Notes under the pieces: generated by a model | The model's database searches: none | Told to the model about the DNA's origin: nothing | Seen by the model: only the letters and a program-made list of their open reading frames with translations | Translations under genes and position numbers: made by a program | Shown: positions 8,393 to 12,179 of the stretch, piece after piece | How the letters are laid out: every line of letters begins with the position of its first letter | Numbering within the stretch: the first letter of the stretch is position 1 | Origin: Vulcanimicrobiales bacterium | Lineage (GTDB): Bacteria > Vulcanimicrobiota > Vulcanimicrobiia > Vulcanimicrobiales > Vulcanimicrobiaceae | Direction: 5' to 3' | Length of the DNA stretch: 12,179 nt | Assembly (NCBI GenBank): GCA_038231455.1 | Contig: JBBRLI010000044.1 | Coordinates: 1 to 12,179 of the forward strand

Positions 8393-9144
8393 ACGTCATC
8401 GCGTCGATCGGTACAACGCATCCCTTTGGGATCGCGGGCCTCGGTGCCGCGCAAAGCCTGGTCCACGAACTTGGCGCGCGTTCGGTGTGCGTCGTCGTCG
8501 GCGTGACGGCGCAGGATGCCGAACGCGTCTATGCACGGCATCCGATCGATGCGGGCACGATTCGCGCGCAATTCGGGGCGCTGCGCACTGCCGGAATCGC
8601 CGCCGCACATGTCGGCGCGCTGCTCGATGTCGCGGGTGTTAACGCGGTTGCTAACGCGCTCGAAGAGTGGGGCGAGATTCCGCTCGTTTGCGATCCGGTG
8701 ATTGCCGCAACCGGCGGTGATACACTTGCCGATTCGCGCACGCAACACGCGATCCGCGATCGGCTCTTTGCACGCGCGTCACTGGTGACGCCCAATCTCG
8801 ATGAGGCTCGCATGTATTTAGGTTCGACGATCGACTCGATTGAAGGCATGCAGATCGCGGCCCGCGAGTTTGCACGCTTTGGGTCAAAAGCCGTGCTGCT
8901 CAAAGGCGGCCACCTTGCCGACCGCGCCGCCGATGTTTTGTGGTCGGATGGCACGATTGCGATCTTCGATGACGAGCGACTTCCCTACGAGCTGCGGGGC
9001 ACGGGCGATCTGCTTTCAGCCGCGATCACCGTCGCACTCGGCAACGGCGCGACGATTCACGATGCCGTCGTGTGGGGGCGCGGAATCGTACGCGCCAAAA
9101 TCACCGCCGGTGTTGCGTTTGCGGGGATGCGTGTCGCACCGTAG
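8389..9144 (+). CDS. thiD: ThiD-like hydroxymethylpyrimidine/phosphomethylpyrimidine kinase family protein (ribokinase fold), divergent
   Basis: ATGA overlap with the thiE stop; VTAQ, VCDPVI, LVTPNLDEA, VLLKGGH, GTGD. Start 8389 preferred over 8242. Confidence 0.8.
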   Translation: MNVIASIGTTHPFGIAGLGAAQSLVHELGARSVCVVVGVTAQDAERVYARHPIDAGTIRAQFGALRTAGIAAAHVGALLDVAGVNAVANALEEWGEIPLVCDPVIAATGGDTLADSRTQHAIRDRLFARASLVTPNLDEARMYLGSTIDSIEGMQIAAREFARFGSKAVLLKGGHLADRAADVLWSDGTIAIFDDERLPYELRGTGDLLSAAITVALGNGATIHDAVVWGRGIVRAKITAGVAFAGMRVAP

Positions 9145-9147
9145 CGT

Positions 9148-9423
9148 CTAGCGGTTCTCCAAGGCGCAATCGGCGCAATACACCGGCAAATCGCCGCGCA
9201 ATTGAAATGGCACTTCCGCGGGCTGCGCGCAAGCGCTACACGTGACCGTATAAAGAATCACGCCCCGCGCGATTCCGCGCTGTGTGCGCCGCGCGCGGTG
9301 ACAGGCGCGACAGCGATGCGGTCGCTCCCCGACACTCGTTCGTGCGAATAGTTCTCGTTCTGCCGCGCTGAAGGCGAGCGTCGTGCCGCATTCAGTGCAG
9401 GTTAGCGCCTCGTCGGTATACAA
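9148..9423 (-). CDS. Zinc-ribbon domain protein (zf-trcl-like N-terminal ribbon plus CxxC-x17-CxxC domain)
   Basis: Four CxxC pairs: CTEC, CRAC, CSAC and CADC, with 17 residues between the last two; TTG start preceded by GGGAGG. Confidence 0.88.
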   Translation of the reverse strand: MYTDEALTCTECGTTLAFSAAERELFARTSVGERPHRCRACHRARRTQRGIARGVILYTVTCSACAQPAEVPFQLRGDLPVYCADCALENR

Positions 9424-9462
9424 AGGGCCTCCCGCTCTCCACCAGCTTCGGTGGTACCGTCT

Positions 9463-9471
9463 AGCATACCA
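9463..9471 (-). promoter_or_regulatory. Candidate extended -10 (TG-G-TATGCT) for the zinc-ribbon gene
   Basis: Reverse complement of agcatacca, about 40 nt upstream of the TTG start, in the divergent intergenic region shared with trpS. Confidence 0.4.
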
Positions 9472-9499
9472 TCAATACCGTACAAAAGGAATGGAAATC

Positions 9500-10480
9500 G
9501 TGCCCAGCGTTCCACGTGTCATGTCGGGGATGCGACCGACCGGTCGCCTACATATCGGACATCTCGTGGGCGCGCTCGAGCAATACGTCGAGTTTACGAA
9601 AACGACCGACGCGTTTTTCGAAGTTGCCGACATTCACGCGTACACAACGGCCTTCGATGAGCCCGAAAAAATCCGCGCCGCGCGAACGGAACTCGTTCTC
9701 GATTGGCTCGCCGCCGGCGTCGATCCCGAGCGCTGTACGATGTTTCTCCAGAGTGCCGTCCCGGAGATCTTCGAATTGCACACGCTGCTCTCGATGATCG
9801 TGCCAGTGTCGTGGCTCGAACGCGTGCCGACGTATAAGAGCCAGATCGACGAACTCGGCGGCCAGATCGCCACATACGGATTTCTCGGCTACCCGCTCTT
9901 GCAGCTCTGCGACATCGCGGTCTTCGGCGCGAACCGCGTTCCGGTGGGCAAAGATCAGGTCTCGCATTTAGAGTTCGGCCGCGAAGTCGTGCGCCGGTTC
10001 AACTCGCTCTACGGCAAGACACTCGTGGAACCGGAAGCAACGCTCTCGGAGTTCCCGGCGCTGCCGGGCACGGACGGACGCAAGATGTCCAAGTCCTATA
10101 ACAACACGATCGACATTGCCGATACGGCCGATGAGACGACCAAAAAAGTGCGCTCGATGGTAACGGATCCACTCAAGGTGCGACGCAACGATCCCGGCCG
10201 CCCGGAGATCTGTCCCGTGTTTGCGCTGCATCCCTTGAGCACAAGCGCGGAACGTATCGCGGAGATCGATCGCGATTGCCGCAGCGGCGCGCTCGGCTGC
10301 GTCGCGTGTAAAACGGAGCTTGCGGAAACGCTGAACGCAAAGCTTGCACCGGTGCGCGCGCGCCGCGCGCAATTCGATCCGGCGTCCGTCGATGCGATTC
10401 TCGCGCGCGGTAGCGCGAAGGCACGCGAGGTCGCAAACGATACGATGCACGCCGTACGTGCGGCGATGAAACTGCTTTAA
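9500..10480 (+). CDS. trpS: Tryptophan--tRNA ligase
   Basis: SGMRPTGRLHIGH, FLQSAVPE, GYPLLQLCDI, VPVGKDQ, KMSKS. Start GTG 9500 (AAGGA at 9486-9490) or ATG 9491; the 9383 start overlaps the opposite-strand gene. Confidence 0.97.
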   Translation: MPSVPRVMSGMRPTGRLHIGHLVGALEQYVEFTKTTDAFFEVADIHAYTTAFDEPEKIRAARTELVLDWLAAGVDPERCTMFLQSAVPEIFELHTLLSMIVPVSWLERVPTYKSQIDELGGQIATYGFLGYPLLQLCDIAVFGANRVPVGKDQVSHLEFGREVVRRFNSLYGKTLVEPEATLSEFPALPGTDGRKMSKSYNNTIDIADTADETTKKVRSMVTDPLKVRRNDPGRPEICPVFALHPLSTSAERIAEIDRDCRSGALGCVACKTELAETLNAKLAPVRARRAQFDPASVDAILARGSAKAREVANDTMHAVRAAMKLL

Positions 10481-10528
10481 GTAATCACACCGCGGCGGTT
10501 ACATAATCCCGACGGCGCGAACCTTACT

Positions 10529-10747
10529 TTGCGCGATCGTCTTGGACGACCACGCGCACACAATGAAATGCGGGGGCTGCAAAACATAATACACGATGAG
10601 AAGGTCTTTGGCTTAAGGGATGCGGCAAACGCAGGTCAGCATGAGGCTAATGTCATCGCCGCCGAGAAGAAATTTAACGAAGTTGCCTCGAAATTCAAGG
10701 AGTATGTGGCAAAATTCGGTGGGAATCCGTCTGCGACTCACGAGTAA
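10529..10747 (+). pseudogene. Short predicted-helical ORF, possibly an orphan toxin C-terminal fragment
   Basis: Open frame with protein-like amphipathic sequence (HNEMRGLQNII...AAEKKFNEVASKFKEY), no convincing RBS, ends 25 nt before the next gene. The toxin call is inference. Confidence 0.3.
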
Positions 10748-10772
10748 ATATGGGCTGGATTTGGAGATTGTA

Positions 10773-11288
10773 GTGTCAGAATATAAGGACGAGATAAGTT
10801 TTCAGTCCGATCTCAATTCTGTCCGACGATATACTGACGGTACGGACATTGACGACGCGCCGCGGGTTGTACGTCGTCTACTTGGCGATGCACGCCACGT
10901 ACCTTCAGAAATAGCATACGGTCTACTAATGCCTCACAACGACGCACTTTTCGAGCAAGGACTCGGTCTAGACGAGCGGTGTCACGAGGGTCTGATAGTT
11001 TTGGCTCAGTCTGAAAAAAAAGCTGCGGCCGCAATTGCCTCGTCCTTCTTATACAGGGATTTTGACGATTCACGAAATCTCGACATTGTTCGTGAAGCAC
11101 TTTTAGACTCTGAAAACGGCGCATTTTATGATGTAAGTTTCGCGGTCTATAGCGTAGCAAAGAGAGGCGATGGCGAAGCTTTGGCGATTCTTACTCTCGC
11201 CTGTCACGACCCGGCTATCGATGGGCCTGCCAAGGAGATAATTCAAAAAAGACTTGACGAACTGTTACGTTTGCGAAGAACAAATTGA
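10773..11288 (+). CDS. Hypothetical acidic, predicted alpha-helical protein (candidate immunity protein)
   Basis: GGAG (10763-10766) 6 nt before GTG 10773 gives 171 aa; AT-richer codons than the core genes; Leu/Ala/Asp/Glu-rich, HEAT-like appearance. Confidence 0.65.
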   Translation: MSEYKDEISFQSDLNSVRRYTDGTDIDDAPRVVRRLLGDARHVPSEIAYGLLMPHNDALFEQGLGLDERCHEGLIVLAQSEKKAAAAIASSFLYRDFDDSRNLDIVREALLDSENGAFYDVSFAVYSVAKRGDGEALAILTLACHDPAIDGPAKEIIQKRLDELLRLRRTN

Positions 11289-11694
11289 TTAGTCTCCGTG
11301 TTCCGGGATAGACTTAGCACATTTTTTCGTGCGAATTGCTTTTGTTGGTGAAAACGCCTTTCTAAAGACTGTGCGAATATCACAGGGCAAATTGAAATTC
11401 ACATCTTTTGGATGCAGACTCGCCAGCGCTCGGCCAGTGGCAGACCGCGAATTGGGAGGCCGTTCCGTGTGGCAGAGGCCGAGAACAACCTCCGGCACTG
11501 TATCTCGTGAATGAGGGAAAAATTAAGTCAACGCGTCTTGACGATGAACTCTATCAGAAAAGCATCGCCTCCCGCCCGGTTGCTCCAGTGAAGCACAGAG
11601 CTGATTTGTCCTTAGAGCAAGACGCCTTTTAATTCAACACGCCGGAAACGGCGGTAGCGCCACCTCAAAATCCAATGGGAGCTGAGATTCAATA

Positions 11695-12081
11695 GTGGAC
11701 GAAGGTTTCGAAAAGATTCGATTTGAGAAGCTTGATGGCAAATTCTATAGATGGCTTGCCGAGAGTGCCGAGACTCTTTGGGCAAAAGCGTTGGGAAATA
11801 ATCTGTTCCGGATTGACAACCATCCCTTCTTTATTCGCGAGATAGCGATCGGGGATATTATTTGCGCCTTGCTGTCCGATGGCCGACTCGTTGCGGAGGA
11901 TGTCTATAAAGACGGCGGCCATGGAACTATTCGCATCCGTTTACTTGATGGCACAACGATTAACACTGGGAAACGACACCAATTTTGGTCAGTCCTCAGT
12001 CAGAATGGCTGTACTTACGAAGGCCTCAAGGGTGAGCGCGGAGCGCGTCCATTCGCGTGTGTACTTTTAGCCAACACGTAG
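11695..12081 (+). pseudogene. DUF4265-like protein, C-terminally truncated by IS insertion at 12040/12041
   Basis: ETLWAKALGNNLFRIDNHPFF...IAIGDII...GGHGTIRI...GCTYE matches the remembered DUF4265 pattern; the last 13 residues and the stop are read from IS sequence. Confidence 0.7.
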
Positions 12082-12179
12082 TCGTCAGTTACGTCGCTTG
12101 ATTGTACCCCGGTGCATTTCGGATTGCAAGCTGCATGGACTCCTCACTCATGTAGCAGCGCTCTGTAATCCAGTCCTCC
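12041..12179 (-). mobile_element. IS256-family insertion sequence, right end (rest outside window)
   Basis: GAGCGCGTCCATTCGCGTGTGTA (12041-12063) fits the IS256-type terminal pattern GAnnnnGTCC-n7-TGTGTA and lies just past the stop of a transposase-like C-terminus. Confidence 0.75.
12089..12178 (-). CDS. IS256-family (Mutator-like) transposase, C-terminal 29 residues
   Basis: Minus-strand frame reads EDWITERCYMSEESMQLAIRNAPGYNQAT*, resembling the (D/E)EW...RRY(M/L)S.ES tail of IS256 transposases; not in the ORF track. Confidence 0.7.
   Translation of the reverse strand, partial: EDWITERCYMSEESMQLAIRNAPGYNQAT

Noticed and set aside
9424-9499. T-box leader for trpS
   Set aside because: Only 76 nt, shared with a divergent gene, and no properly placed T-box sequence or terminator.
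9508-9523. parS-like CGTTCCACGTGTCATG at the start of trpS
   Set aside because: Only 10 of 16 positions match and the right arm is lost; explained by the coding sequence VPRVM.
10481-10502. Imperfect inverted repeat GTAATC...GGTTAC after trpS as a terminator or attachment site
   Set aside because: Six-bp stem with a wobble and no T-tract; no second copy in the window.
10478-10747. Stop-codon readthrough extending TrpRS, since the next 88 codons are open in the same frame
   Set aside because: TrpRS ends at its normal C-terminus (VRAAMKLL), TAA is an efficient stop, and composition changes after it; a shared frame has a one-in-three chance.
1-12179. CRISPR array, tRNA/rRNA genes, or oriC DnaA-box cluster
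   Set aside because: No regularly spaced repeats, no cloverleaf or rRNA-like segments, and no TTATCCACA cluster noticed; intergenic spaces in the core region are very short.

Overview
GC-rich bacterial chromosome segment with the classic origin-proximal gene order mnmE (5'-truncated by the window)-mnmG-rsmG-parA-parB. A CCA-adding/HD-domain nucleotidyltransferase gene sits between rsmG and parA, bracketed by two parS centromere sites. Downstream are a secreted protein, a lipoprotein, thiE, a divergent thiD-like kinase, a zinc-ribbon protein and trpS. After the trpS stop (10480) the DNA is visibly more AT-rich and looks like a decaying polymorphic toxin/immunity-type island: an orphan helical fragment, a helical acidic protein and a DUF4265-like gene cut by the end of an IS256-family element that runs off the window. 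Most notable observations: (i) parS1 contains both the rsmG stop and the cca start, and parS2 lies in the parA 5' end; (ii) parA has no ATG/GTG/TTG upstream of its Walker A motif, and the best candidate start is an ATC positioned like a leaderless start; (iii) the thiD-like kinase has non-canonical active-site motifs; (iv) TrpRS carries a four-Cys [4Fe-4S]-type motif. All family assignments come from motif recognition by eye; no searches were run.
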